A stretch of 63,369 nt of DNA, counting the filler, from Dicyema japonicum (lineage: Eukaryota; Animalia; Dicyemida): the NCBI GenBank assembly GCA_011109175.1. It is 8 parts of 8 records of this genome, joined end to end, with 100 filler letters (N's around TTAATTAATTAA, not from the genome) between each part and the next. Parts side by side here need not be neighbours in the genome. Positions count along the whole stretch, not along the records: positions 1 to 4,476 come from RDEW01000057.1; positions 4,577 to 9,094 come from RDEW01000309.1; positions 9,195 to 23,458 come from RDEW01000074.1; 5 more parts are not named here. The stretch is one strand, 5' to 3'. Shown here one piece after another: positions 1 to 13,299 of this stretch (its first letter is position 1; every line of letters begins with the position of its first letter). The translations under genes and the position numbers were made by a program. Under the pieces are notes generated by a model. The model had not been told where the DNA came from and made no database searches. It saw nothing but the letters and a program-made list of their open reading frames with translations.

Positions 1-195
1 TTTTATTTAAAATTTTAATTCTCGTAAAGTAAACTCTTAAGCTTTTTTATTTTAATTTTATTTTTATTTTTCTAGAGATATTTAGAATTAATTTACAACG
101 CGCAATAAAAAAACCGGTTTTATTAATTATTAAGATTATTTACTAAATGGATTTTTTCGTAAAATTTAAAATTCTTGTCGTTTCTGTTGTTTTGA

Positions 196-740
196 ATGTC
201 GGTTATTCCAGAAACTATGAAAGGACAAATAATACAACTATATTTGCTCAATTGGACCTAAAAAAAATTTCAGAAGAACTCAAAATCCTAAATCAACAGT
301 GGGTGAATTAATACGCAAATACAAAAAATATGGCACAACACAAAGCCTCTCACGACCTGGAAGACCTAGAATATTAAATATTGAACAATTGAATACATTA
401 TTATCGCTTGTTTCGGAAAATCCGAAAAAATCTGCCTCTGACCTGTCAAAGGACTTCAATTCTTTAACAGGAACATTTGTTTCAAAAAGAACAATCGGCA
501 ATTATCTGAAGAATAAATGAATTTATCCAAGAGTCTGCCAAAAAACCATATATTTGTCTAAAATATAAAAACCTACTAAAAACGTTTTTGCAGTATTTAC
601 AGCATCATGGAAGTCGACTATTTTTAGCAACGAATGCTGTTTTGGAATCTTTAATACAAAAAAGAGAATGTGTTATAGGAAAAAATAACACACGCGCCTA
701 AAAAAATCGCATTTATCTCCAACTGTAATATTTGGAGGAG
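196..740 (+). pseudogene. Tc1/mariner transposase relic (HTH region and start of DDE domain), with stops and frameshifts
   Basis: From ATG 196 reads MSVIPETMKGQIIQLYLLNWT*KKISEELKIPKSTVGELIRKYKKYGTTQSLSRPGRPR, the Tc1-type HTH + GRPR motif; later ...HLSPTVIFGGG resembles TVKHGGG; sequence switches to other DNA at ~740. Confidence 0.75.
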
Positions 741-744
741 GGAA

Positions 745-2130
745 ACCGGGTTTTTTTGCGACCACTTACATGTCAGAACAGTTCTGAAGAAATAATCCCT
801 GAAGATCAATCCGGAAAAGACGGACCTAACTACGATTCAGCGGCTGTCGACACGGAATGATGAGAATGGAGTTTACTAAAAGGCTCGGGNNNNNNNNNNN
901 NNNNNNNNNNNNNNNNNNNNNNNNNNNNNNNNNNNNNNNNNNNNNNNNNNNNNNNNNNNNNNNNNNNNNNNNNNNNNNNNNNNNNNNNNNNNNNNNNNNN
1001 NNNNNNNNNNNNNNNNNNNNNNNNNNNNNNNNNNNNNNNNNNNNNNNNNNNNNNNNNNNNNNNNNNNNNNNNNNNNNNNNNNNNNNNNNNNNNNNNNNNN
1101 NNNNNNNNNNNNNNNNNNNNNNNNNNNNNNNNNNNNNNNNNNNNNNNNNNNNNNNNNNNNNNNNNNNNNNNNNNNNNNNNNNNNNNNNNNNNNNNNNNNN
1201 NNNNNNNNNNNNNNNNNNNNNNNNNNNNNNNNNNNNNNNNNNNNNNNACAAAACCCTCTTCAAAGCTTTGGACAATCCGCATGTTGACGTTAAGTCGTCA
1301 ACGACTTGGCTAAGATATGGGAATAACTCCCTCGATCGAGGGATTATTTACCTATCTGCAAGATCGAAACTTTTTCTGGAATCGATCGAAGGTCTGTCCT
1401 CATTGTAAAGTGAGGTGCCTGTCTGTGGACCACATAGCCACGAAATGCGGTAGTATGCTCTACCACGACTATACGTGGAGGCATAACGAGGTAGTTCGTA
1501 GTCTACACTTACTGCTGTGCAATAAGTATGGTATTAGACGTTCCAGAAAGTTGCGAACTCATAAGGTGCAATCTGTGGTTGAGAACACCAGAGTATGCAT
1601 TAAAGTGGATACTACCGTTCACACCTCAATTATTGTTCAGCACAACAAGCCAGACATTGTGGTACAAGATAAGGTCTCTGGCGAGATACTTATCATAGAA
1701 GTTGGAATCACATGCCTTGATCGTTTGACCACGGTGGAAGTGGAAAAGAAGCGTAAGTACGACCTTCTTGCAAACGAGCTTGGCTTGATGCAGATGCAAG
1801 GTCCTTGTCATTCCTTGCGTAATGACGTGGGAAGGAATTGTATCGAAGTACCACAAGGGCTATCTCAGGCAGTTGGGAGTCGATAGGTACATTCAGGCCT
1901 ATATGCAGTCCACTGTCCTGAAGAGGACTCTAGAGAGTGTATCTGTTGATGCACGCAGATCCAGTCCCCTAATGTCCCATGGGCAGAGAGACCGGTTGGA
2001 AAAAACTCTCTCCGAGGTGTTCCTTTGACCAGAAGCGGAAGAAACTGGTCTCCAGACTTTGCATGCGGACGGGTCGTCGGATTAATTTAGTTGACTTTTA
2101 ATTATCTTTGTTTTTCGTTGAATAAAGTTT
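745..2130 (+). mobile_element. Non-LTR retrotransposon 3' part with CCHC knuckle and restriction-like (REL) endonuclease, frameshifted
   Basis: ORFs 1317-1886 and 1822-2028: CPHC..DHIATKC, RHNEVV, KPDIVV..IIEVGIT, KKRKYD, TWEGIV, VLKRTLES; higher GC than flanks; N gap 890-1248; the 5' limit before the gap is uncertain. Confidence 0.85.
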
Positions 2131-2729
2131 CTTTTCACAAAGAATAGGGGCATAAAATTAAGGGCCAGTAGTAGGCCTTACCAGTAAGTCGTCCAGTTAT
2201 TTTCTTCTCTGTCTAGGAACCTTGGAACTGGTTTTCGACAAGGTCACAATCATTGGAAATGTTTCGTGCCAGCTCGGTATTTTGTCTCTCAGATTCGCAA
2301 GGCCACCTTGAAGACTAATCTCCGTTTCTCCAATAGTTTTATGATTTTTCTTAGAGAGGGACAAGATCCACCCTTCCAGCCCATAATATCAGCACGAGGA
2401 AGAATAACTGCCAGGAAAAATAAATAGCACAGTCTTCCTCACATCTTCCATTTTCAGAAAAATTGAATTCCCAGGTACAAAAACAATTAGGGACCTCATA
2501 ATAGAATTCAATCGTATATGGTAAGGTTTTTTGCACTTCTTGCTGAGACTCTAGTGAGCGTGCACTTCTCATTGACAGAGTCAAGTACTTTACTGCCATA
2601 CTACTGTTTTATTTGCCTCTAAATAGATTTTAGTTTCATTTCTGACGTCGTCGGAAGTGTTGCCTCCTCCGTCTGATAATGTAATCGGCATAAATAAGCA
2701 CACTTATGGAGATGCACACAGGTTTTGGA

Positions 2730-3250
2730 AAGTTAGCCATATACACGTTAAACAATAATGGGCTGAGGATGAGCCCTGGGGTACTCCGTTTCTTTGGAGA
2801 ATGGCTTTCGAATCTCGGCCAAGATAGTTGACAAAAGAGATCCTCTCACTCAAGAAACTCGATAGCCATCCAAGGGTTTCTGCACCAATTTCATAATTTT
2901 ATTTCCAGCAAGACAGACACTGTCGAAAGCTTTGACACGTCCAAACAAATAATAGTGGTCGATAAGCGAAAATCCCGTGCCTTAGATAGTATCGAATTCA
3001 GTCGATAGATGCAGTCAGCACAGGACCGGTTTCTTAGGTTTTCGAACCAATCGAACTTCAGTTTTTTTTCCATGATTTGGAACGTTCCTCTTGCAGGCTG
3101 GAATTAAAAAAGTTTGTGAACAGAGACAACCAGTCAATTTGGTGCGTGCTTGAAACAGGCCATTAAATCTTTCATACCCTGAGCTGCATTTTTTGGCTGT
3201 ATTTATTGCTTTCCGAGTCTCAGAATCAGTAATCGGGCAACGTCTCAATA
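2730..3250 (-). mobile_element. Degraded LINE reverse transcriptase fragment
   Basis: Minus strand gives RSCADCIYRL..IICLDVSK(AF)DSV and GVPQG..SPLLFNVY across frameshifts. Confidence 0.75.
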
Positions 3251-3449
3251 TGTTTTTGTAGTTTGCTGAAGGAGGCTCCGGTAAGGAGGCAGGTAGATCT
3301 GCTTCCAGAACAGTTGCGAGTTGATTGCAGAGAGGTTCGGTAGTCTCCTCTTGACTGGACAGGTCCTCCCGGAGTCGCAGAACGAATTACTTTAGTCTTC
3401 GTGAGTTCCAGTTATTTGCTATAAAACTGTCCAAAATTTTTGATTTTAT

Positions 3450-3900
3450 CAGTGGTTCTCAAACTTTTTTGCTCGCGTACCCCTTGGCATCTAAATAATT
3501 TTTCGCTTATCGATTTTTCAAAAATTAAGGAAAAAATTATTTAATTAATGAGATGGATGGTGTTGTTTATCAACGACTAATTTTTTATTTCTGGATCCTT
3601 TGACGAAAGACACACCCGAATATCATGCTCAACAATTCAGTCTCGCACGATGAACTGATTTTAAATTGGTGAAAATCCTTGTTCTCAGAGATATGTTGTT
3701 GTAAACAAAAGCAAAAAATCGATTATATATAATCCAATGTTGTAATGTTTTGATATTTTGATATCATTTTACACCAAAATTCAATTAATGGTGCAGATTC
3801 GAATACGTTTTTTTACTCGTAAGAATTTGTTAATTCGGTAAAATTCTTTTTGGATATTTGAAGGTAAATCATGAACTTTTACGGACAAGGATTGATAAAA
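3450..3900 (-). mobile_element. hAT (Buster/Charlie-type) transposon end: TIR plus C-terminal dimerisation-domain relic
   Basis: CAGTGGTTCTCAAAC at 3450; minus strand reads EFWC..Y....LLLFTTTYL*EQGFS...VEHDIRVCLS. Confidence 0.65.
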
Positions 3901-4476
3901 AGCTGTACTCCATTAAGTTCAGGTACAATTTTTACAATTTCTTTCTTCAATCCAAGTTATTGGCAAGTTATATAATATCGCGCGAGCGATAATCCGTTGG
4001 AAAGCCAGCTTTTTTTATGACTGTCGGGACTCCTCATCGAGATGATTAAATCAATCTCTGAGAGGAGTTTGATAGCTTTTTAGCCAATTATCCCACTGGT
4101 TCGAAAGGCAACGAAGCGACAAGTGTCGACCAAGGAAGCATACTTTGCAAATTTTCTTAGTTTCGCAAGAGCAGAAGGCAGATCCAGGCGAGAGCAGAGT
4201 CTATGAGCGATGATGAGGAAAACGAGTCGACACAGGTTTACATCCCATACGTGGGCAAGTCCCATCTTGAACGGGAATAAAGTAGACCCGTCAGGGCGTT
4301 TTTCAAGCTAAATAAAACAGTTTCAAGCTAAATAGAAAAACGTTAATAAATTTCTAAAACTGGCTCATCCCTTCAATTGCATTTTCTCGACAAAATGCTC
4401 CTCTTTTAGCTTCATAATGTATTAATCAAGCGAACCAATACACCCAACCACGTGATATTAGCACCTTTGAACCTGC

Positions 4477-4576
4477 NNNNNNNNNNNNNNNNNNNNNNNN
4501 NNNNNNNNNNNNNNNNNNNNTTAATTAATTAANNNNNNNNNNNNNNNNNNNNNNNNNNNNNNNNNNNNNNNNNNNN
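4477..4576. other. Artificial scaffold linker; identical linkers at 9095-9194, 23459-23558, 36847-36946, 39044-39143, 42193-42292, 57382-57481
   Basis: Seven 100-bp blocks of 44 N + TTAATTAATTAA + 44 N; the core gives stops in all six frames. Confidence 0.95.
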
Positions 4577-4776
4577 CCTTCTGGTGGGTTAGAGAGTTTC
4601 GTATTATCATTCAACTTCTCTTTTGATATTGGGCAAGAAACTTCATTTAAAATTTAATTAATTAGAAAACTAAGGAGCAGAATTGAATACCAGGTCCGTT
4701 AGAAGACGCATGTGACTTAACAGGACAAGCATGCGAACTATCCATATATACAAATTATAATGATTAATTTAATAAA

Positions 4777-6848
4777 TTAATAAAAATTACTGTAAAGTAT
4801 TTTATTGAAGAAAAAAATTAAATTGTTATAATTTTGGTGACTTGTCCCAAAAAATGTTTCTACCATCTTGGGGAGTATTATTTGACATTGAAGTGGGAAA
4901 CATAAATCCGTGGAAGTATGGCTGAGAATAATTAGAAACTGAGAACAATCGAGGAGCCGCTGACTGAGATTGGCCAAACATAGGGTGAAACATTTGGCCA
5001 TTGAAAGTCGAGTTTTTCATTAACGGAATGTCTCGATGAGTAATGTCGTTACTTCCATCAAATACGGTATTCATTGAGTCATAACAAGGCCTCTTATTGG
5101 AGATAAGGGAAATCGTAGAACAGGTGGTTCATTTTGGATATCTGAGCAAATTGAACGTACCGATCCTTCCATGAGTTGTAAAGAGGCCTCTTCATTCTCA
5201 AATTCTAGTTTATTTGTGTCTTTGTCTTCGTCAGAATCTTCAATCACAATAACATCGACTTCATCTTTCGAAATATTGACCACAGTCTCAGTTATCGGAG
5301 TGGGTTCTTTATGTTCAGTGGTATCAAAAATTTCTAGAACAAATCAACAATGGCAAATAACCGTTATCAGGTTGCCCCTTATCTGAAACACAGTGCCAAA
5401 GCCCATTCTCATCAAACCCAACAGATCTCACGTGAGTTTTAGTCTGCATTAAAATGAAGGAGACGTATCTTATGAAATAATATAGTTAAGACTCAATACT
5501 CGTCAATCTTCACGTAGCAAAAGTCCATAGGCCGAGAACAGATAGGACAACGCCAATTCGGTCTTTTCTCATTCATTGAGAGAAAAGTATGGGCATCAAA
5601 AACATTGAATGTGGTCACATTGCGTCGACCTGACCGGAAGAGACAAACGAGACTGAGATATCTATACGAGTAAACAAAGGTATGGAAACAGGACATAGGA
5701 GAGAGAGGAATATATCAGTCACAACAGGTTCGTCAGTGTCATTGTTTCCAGAAAGACGTTCAGTGACTGAAAAGTCAGTTTATTAGGTCAATACTCCATT
5801 TCTGAGTCTGTTCAGTTGTTATTAGCGACCGAGATTGTATTTTATTTATTAAATCGTTGACTGATAATTTTTTAACAATAAAAATTCCCGCGTAATATTG
5901 ATCCTAAAAATAAATATGAAAATTACTTTTTGCGCTAGAACTGTTCCGGACGAATAAATTTTTGCTATTTGGACGTGTGACTGTCACCATAGTCACATCG
6001 ACAGGAATTCGCGGTCGTTTCTGTACGTCGTTTTGTCGTTTGATAGGAAGGTATGGCTAAATAAAAGGTCAACTTATATGACATACTGGGAAGATCAACA
6101 GATTTGGAGTTGAGTTTACACGTTAAGTTGACGGATATTTATCACGCAAAACATTTGATTCCAAAACGCCAATTCTAAATTATGAATATTGAACTGTAAA
6201 CCTGAGTTGTACTTGAAATTCAGTCCTGAATCCCATATAGTCAAAAAATCTGTTTTATAAAAATGAAATATCAAAAAATTATTTTATATTGAAACAAATA
6301 TTATTGGTAAACATATTTTTTAAACTTTATTAAGAACACTTACTTTAAATTTGGGAAAGTATTATAAATTAACTCTGCAAAGGTAAAACATATTTCTGCT
6401 GTCGCATTCAGTTATTTTGTCACCTAAAATAAAGTATGGCAGCAATACCATTCTTGATTAAGGTTGGGAATAAAAGTGTGTAAAAGTTTTCATAGTAAGG
6501 AATGTCTTCAATTTAAGAAGATTCAAATCAATTGGGGAAGCAAGTTTGTATTGTAGGAATATCGTTTTTATTGGAGTATAGCATTATCTCTATTGCTAAA
6601 ATTAAAATTTGTTATCTGTATACTCAAAAATTTGGATTGTATTTCTTTCAGAAAATCGGGATTGTAAACCCTTTCTAAATTCTCACAAATTCGTTGCAAC
6701 AGTTCATTTTTAGTTCCAGAAATCTTTGCATGAATATACTGACAGAGTTTTTGCAACTCAGCCCTTCGAAGTTGTCCGAGTAATGTCTATTAAAATTTCA
6801 ATATTTGATATAAACAATATATGGGGCCAAAATTTCATTTCTCGACAT
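4777..6848 (-). CDS. PIAS: PIAS/Siz-family SUMO E3 ligase (SAP, PINIT, SP-RING, SIM), multi-exon; exact 3' end uncertain (4777 or 4826)
   Basis: ATG 6848 MSRNEILAPYI, 29-nt intron 6787-6815, SAP LRRAELQKLC..KISGTKNELLQRI; PINIT-like PYLPIKRQNDVQKRPRIPVDVT; SP-RING LLCP|ISQSRLSLPVRSTQCDHIQCFDAHTFLSMNEKRPNWRCPIC with 28-nt intron 5662-5689; SIM-like VDVIVIEDSDED. Some single-base indels in homopolymers. Confidence 0.9.
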
Positions 6849-7147
6849 TTTAAAATAAGAATTTCAAAAGGTCTCACTAGAAAGAGTAATAATATCAAGT
6901 GTATCGAGTTAAAAATCGATAATTAAAAATTATTAAGATCAATTAAATTAGCTTATTTATACAACAAATTAATTATTAATCAGTGGAAACTATTTTAATT
7001 AAAATACTAAAAATGTATATATATAACAATAATTGAAATATAAGACAAATTTTATTTATTTTTGTTTATAAATAAATTAATTTATTATATGAATTTTATT
7101 TCAAAAATATAAAAATTATTTAAATAAATAAAAAAACTTTAGTGTCC
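6849..7147. promoter_or_regulatory. Probable bidirectional promoter / 5' UTR region
   Basis: 299-bp, extremely AT-rich interval between the divergent start codons of PIAS and the thiolase; no specific motif identified. Confidence 0.45.
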
Positions 7148-8608
<1,461 letters not shown>

Positions 8609-8859
8609 TAAATTTTGCTTTTCTTTTTTGAGAAACTAATATTTTAAATAATGTCTCAATTTCTTTACTCAGGCAGTCATCTCCTTGAGATCTGCCGCAC
8701 GATCTAATTAACCTCGGACAGGCAATGTATCAGTATAGAACCCCCTCTCTTTTAAAAAATGCGCTTAAGGTTCCTTCATTATCCTGACAACAAAATTGAT
8801 TCACATCGAAGATGAGCCACGATCCGCGAAAACTTTTTAAACCTATCGTTATCTCTCAT

Positions 8860-8960
8860 GGTCGCAGGTTCGAGTCTCAGCGGCTGCCTGTGCTGAAAGC
8901 TCCGTTTGGGATTGACGAGTAACGCCCGTCATGGACATTTCATCATACACGGACTCCGCA
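8860..8960 (+). mobile_element. Diverged copy of a tRNA-headed SINE-like repeat
   Basis: B-box GGTTCGAGTC followed by TTGACGAGT and ACATTTCATC blocks shared with the copy at 42325. Confidence 0.45.
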
Positions 8961-9194
8961 TGGAACGGATCTCCGGATGGGATGTCGAGCTTCCTACCGT
9001 TTGGAAAAGCCGCACTACAAGAAAAACAAGAGAAATTAAAAGACCTCCTTACTCGGATTTAATTAGAATAGTTAACTCTCTTGTTCTCTCTCTTNNNNNN
9101 NNNNNNNNNNNNNNNNNNNNNNNNNNNNNNNNNNNNNNTTAATTAATTAANNNNNNNNNNNNNNNNNNNNNNNNNNNNNNNNNNNNNNNNNNNN

Positions 9195-9474
9195 AGGATC
9201 AAAAAGCGCCGTCGCTATGTACGCTTGGGCGCCACAAGCCAATTATCCCTGTGGTAACTTTTCTGTCACCTTTAGCTTAAAGCTTTTAAAAGCAAAAGGA
9301 TCGATAGGCCACGCTTTCGCGTTTTGCATACGTACTGAACATGCAAATAAGGCGAGCTTTTACCCTTTCGCGCCATGGCAGATTTCTGTTCCGCCTGAGC
9401 TCACCTTTGGACATCTGCGTTATCGTTTAGCAGATGTACCGCCCCAGCCAAACTCCCCAAATGACACTGTTTTC
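9195..9474 (-). rRNA. 28S (LSU) rRNA fragment, domain V including part of the peptidyl-transferase centre
   Basis: Minus strand: GGGGAGTTTGGCTGGGGCGGTACATCTG...GAAAAGTTACCACAGGGATAATTGGCTTGTGGC...GCTTTTTGATCCT; abuts a linker on one side and LINE sequence on the other. Confidence 0.95.
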
Positions 9475-10330
9475 CAATTACTCTTAGTATTGACCTCATC
9501 GTTTAACATTATTTCTCTCTGGTACCCATGCATTTGCTGTATGCCGGTTTTTTGGGCGATTTTTCATGTTGGACGAATATGGGACTCGAATTTCTATGAG
9601 ATCCTCGAACTAGGTNTTTCTTTGTAGCACGAGTAAATTTATTATTAAGCGAAAATTAGCATGATATTAACTAATTGTGGGGTAGGCATCAAATGATCCC
9701 AACTACTCCTAGTATTGATAGCATCGTTTCCCATTATTTCTCTCTGGTACCCACGCATTTGCTGTATGCCGGTTTTTTGGGCGATTTTTATGTTGGACGA
9801 ATATTGAACTCGAATTTCTACGAGATTTTCGAACTAGGTTCCTTGTCATACCCTGTTAGTCTAAAGATGTTTTTGACGGCTCTAGACTGTGCAAAGGAAA
9901 TCTTTAAAACGTTTAATCAAGGTTGGTTTGTTTACCATCAATGACTGACAGTTGGCTCGATAAATTGGGAATACAAGGCACCTACCGTTGAATTGGTCGA
10001 TCGTTTGAATTTGGAAAGTTACATTTTTACAAAGTTTAATTTTCTTTTAAAGTCACTGATTACATTCAACACACGTTTGTTGATATCATCAATGCGTTTT
10101 TCAACTAGAATAACACAATGAATCTTCCTGAATATTGTGCTCGCGATCATGAGAGGTCAGTCTCAAAGTCACTGATTACATTCAACATACGTTTGCTGAT
10201 ATCATCAATGCGTTTTTCAACTAGAATAACACAATGGGTCTTCCTGAATATTGTGCTCGTGATCATGAGAGGTCAGTTTCATTGGGTTCTCAATGTCTCT
10301 CATGCCATAATGAGACCTCACCATGAAAAC
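9475..10330 (-). mobile_element. Degraded 3' end of an APE-type LINE (same family as 29485 and 57560)
   Basis: Minus translation ..ALYSQFIEPTVSH.. parallels LLHKQFIEPSISY at ~59720; ends GGGATCATTTGA like GGGATCACCTGA/TAA of the other copies. Confidence 0.6.
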
Positions 10331-10860
10331 TAATTTTTTACATAATAAATATAATTAATTTTTTTCTATCACTATTTTCAATTTTATTTATTTATTGAGG
10401 ATTTCATCGCTATGTGGTGCATTTAGCTAATTGGTTGTAAATTATATTTCTTTTCATCTGTGACGTTAATATTAAAAGCTAATTGAAAATTGTCATTGTA
10501 GGATGTCCTTTCTTTATTCCTGCAAGTCGCCCGATTAGCCAGATAAACTTTTCTGTTATGGAGCAATCATATTGAAGAATACTTTTGTTGTCATAGGAAA
10601 TAAGTTTTCAATTCTGAGAGCTGCCAGCCTTGACTGAAAAAAATTTCTAGTAATTTTTAACTGTTTGATTATAAATAATAAGTTATTAAAATTAAAAAAA
10701 GTTATTAAATATTAATAAATAATTATTATAAATAATAAGTTATTAAAATTAAGTTCTGTATCGTAATTATATTAAAATTTAGGGATTGTTAACCAACTGT
10801 TATTGATGAACCTTCCGATGTTGTTCATTTCCAATTGAAAGCGATGGGAAATTTTATGCA

Positions 10861-11060
10861 GATTTCATTTACTCAAAGACATCACTAACGGAGGTATTCC
10901 CAAACAAATGTACTATAATAATTTTCGCTTTCCAGACTCTCGATCGGGTGATTTGAAGGTGATTTCATTTACTCAAAGACATCACTAACGGAGGTATTCC
11001 CCCACGAATGTACTATAATAATTTTCGCTTTCCAGACTCTCGATCGGGTGATTTGAAGGT
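10861..11060. repeat. 100-bp tandem duplication (3 mismatches)
   Basis: 10861-10960 repeated at 10961-11060. Confidence 0.9.
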
Positions 11061-11712
11061 ATTAGTAGCTATGATTAACCATTTGACTGCACGAAGGCCA
11101 AAGTCTGCATAAATCCATATCATTAGGAACACATGTGTTGCAAGTATATCAGCCAGCTATTTGTATTTTTGATGAAACTAATGAAATCAAGTTAGTCTCA
11201 AAATTGAGTTTTTATCCAGAATATTCAATAAATGACGACACAGTATCATTATTCATCTACCAACCCTGTTGATAGATTATTATTTGACAATTACACATAT
11301 TTTACATGACAAGAATTTTTCCATATCATTTCGATTGTTAGAATAAAAATGTAAATTATAACAATATTTTAATTCTCATATGATTTGACAATGAGTAAAT
11401 TACGGCCATTAAAGAAAATCTTTGTCTTAGAATACTGTGTAATCAATGAATCATTAATATTATCGAAATATTACGTAATGTGTCATTATGGTTTCTCTAG
11501 ACGCTGAATGTAGAAGTGAGAGGTGCTACACATCNTTGTTAGAATCATAGTACTGTGAGTAGCTATAAAATATGTTTATTTATTTTTGATTTTGTCCGAA
11601 AACAGTCATCATCCTGATTCTCTTTTTCCGTTTAAAGTTGTAGGAATAATATGAAAAATGAGGTTATCTATAGGCAATCGTTCATTGTAAAGTGAGCTTT
11701 AAATTAAATGTT

Positions 11713-11998
11713 GCGCATCTTCAAGTGGAATTACATAATTAAACAGTCAATTATTCAGTTTAGATCAAATAGAGGTTCCATTGAGCTTTGTGCACGTGAG
11801 TATAGATAGAGGTTTACGATATTATTGAAGAGAGATAAAGACTTCCGTCTTATCAGCGCATCTTCAAGTGGAATTACATAATTAAACAGTCAATTATTCA
11901 GTTTAGATCAAATAGAGGTTCCATTGAGCTTTGTGCACGTGAGTATAGATAGAGGTTTACGATATTATTGAAGAGAGATAAAGACTTCCGTCTTATCA
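11713..11998. repeat. 143-bp perfect tandem duplication
   Basis: 11713-11855 repeated at 11856-11998. Confidence 0.9.
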
Positions 11999-13299
11999 CA
12001 CCAGTTGTCTCCGATTATTCGCATGTAACTTGAACAAAGTTTTACTGAGAAAACCTTTTACTATTCAAGAAATATCAATCTAAATATCTCTTTGCTTTCC
12101 GAATGGCAGATGATACTCAGACGAGTCCCTTCATGATACTATTTCCAGATTATGGGTTTGAGTTGGATTTGTTAGAATCCATAACTTTATATAGTTTCAG
12201 AAAATTCATTTATGGAATAACCCATTCAATATTTCACTTATCTACGCAAAAAACGAGGACAATGCTATTTTTTCATGTGACTATGAACGCCATGCATCCC
12301 TCTAACGAGATGATTTATTGGTACCTCTTCAAATTCTACCTCTTACATTTTATCAGCTTGTTTTTGTAAAAAATATATGTCGGAAAGGTTTTAATTTGCA
12401 AAGTTCTAAGTTCATTATTCATGCTAGGCGCATCCGTCAACCAACACGTTCTTTAGTCTCAATCCAATTCCCTCGGATTGAGAGTGATGTGAAAAAAATA
12501 AAAAAGTATGTCGGGAACTTTTGATGTTTTAAACTGTTTAATATTTAGTTCGAAAAGAGGAGTGCAAATTTATTGGGGGTAACCACATAAATAAAACGGT
12601 CATTTTTTTGAGAATCACTAATAAATTTTTAAATAGCAGAATCCATTCTCTCAGAAGATGCACCTTGTTATATCAAAAATCCCCCATTTTTTTACTTTAA
12701 ATTATTGGAGTGGATAAATTAAATATGTAGATGGTTTTAATCCCCCACTGGTTATTTGGTCAAATGGTTTTTTTCAGTTTTCTCTGTTCCTTATCTTTTC
12801 TGTTGCTTATAATAACTTTTTAAATTGAGACTTTGTTGAAAGACAGATTTATTAAGACAAATAAGAGTTTTATTAGTCAATTAAAAATATAATCAAACTC
12901 AAAGTAATAAATAAAAATTAAAGCCATTAATTGTTACGAGAAACCAAAATACCTTAAATTTAAAAAATTCTTACCAATAAATTTCGTATGTACAAATCTA
13001 TTTGAAGAGAACGTGGGGGATGGAGATGTAATTAATTAATACAAGAGTCCAGACTGATTTGAATGCTTTTGACAANTTTTATATAATTTATTTGATTATA
13101 AAAATGATTGAAATAATTAATTTGTCACAAAATAATTCAAAAACAATAATTTGCTCGTGAACTCACGCTCATGTGGAGGAGTAGTAACAAACAGTTATCA
13201 CAGGATAACGGTGGCGCGGATATGTATACGGTAACTATTTGTAAAAATTTTTTATAACAATCCAGCTAACATTAAATATCGAAGAATAGTCACAGAGGA

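Noticed and set aside
826-1408. Long ORFs spanning N runs (also 25181-25535, 31430-32314, 51832-52642, 60710-61225)
   Set aside because: Length comes from N translated as X; only the real flanks were interpreted
4521-4532. TTAATTAATTAA palindrome recurring seven times
   Set aside because: Always centred in exactly 44+44 N; an assembly linker
8850-8900. tRNA genes at GTTCGA boxes (also ~14620, 23075, 42325)
   Set aside because: T-stems do not pair and no cloverleaf forms; treated as SINE heads or relics
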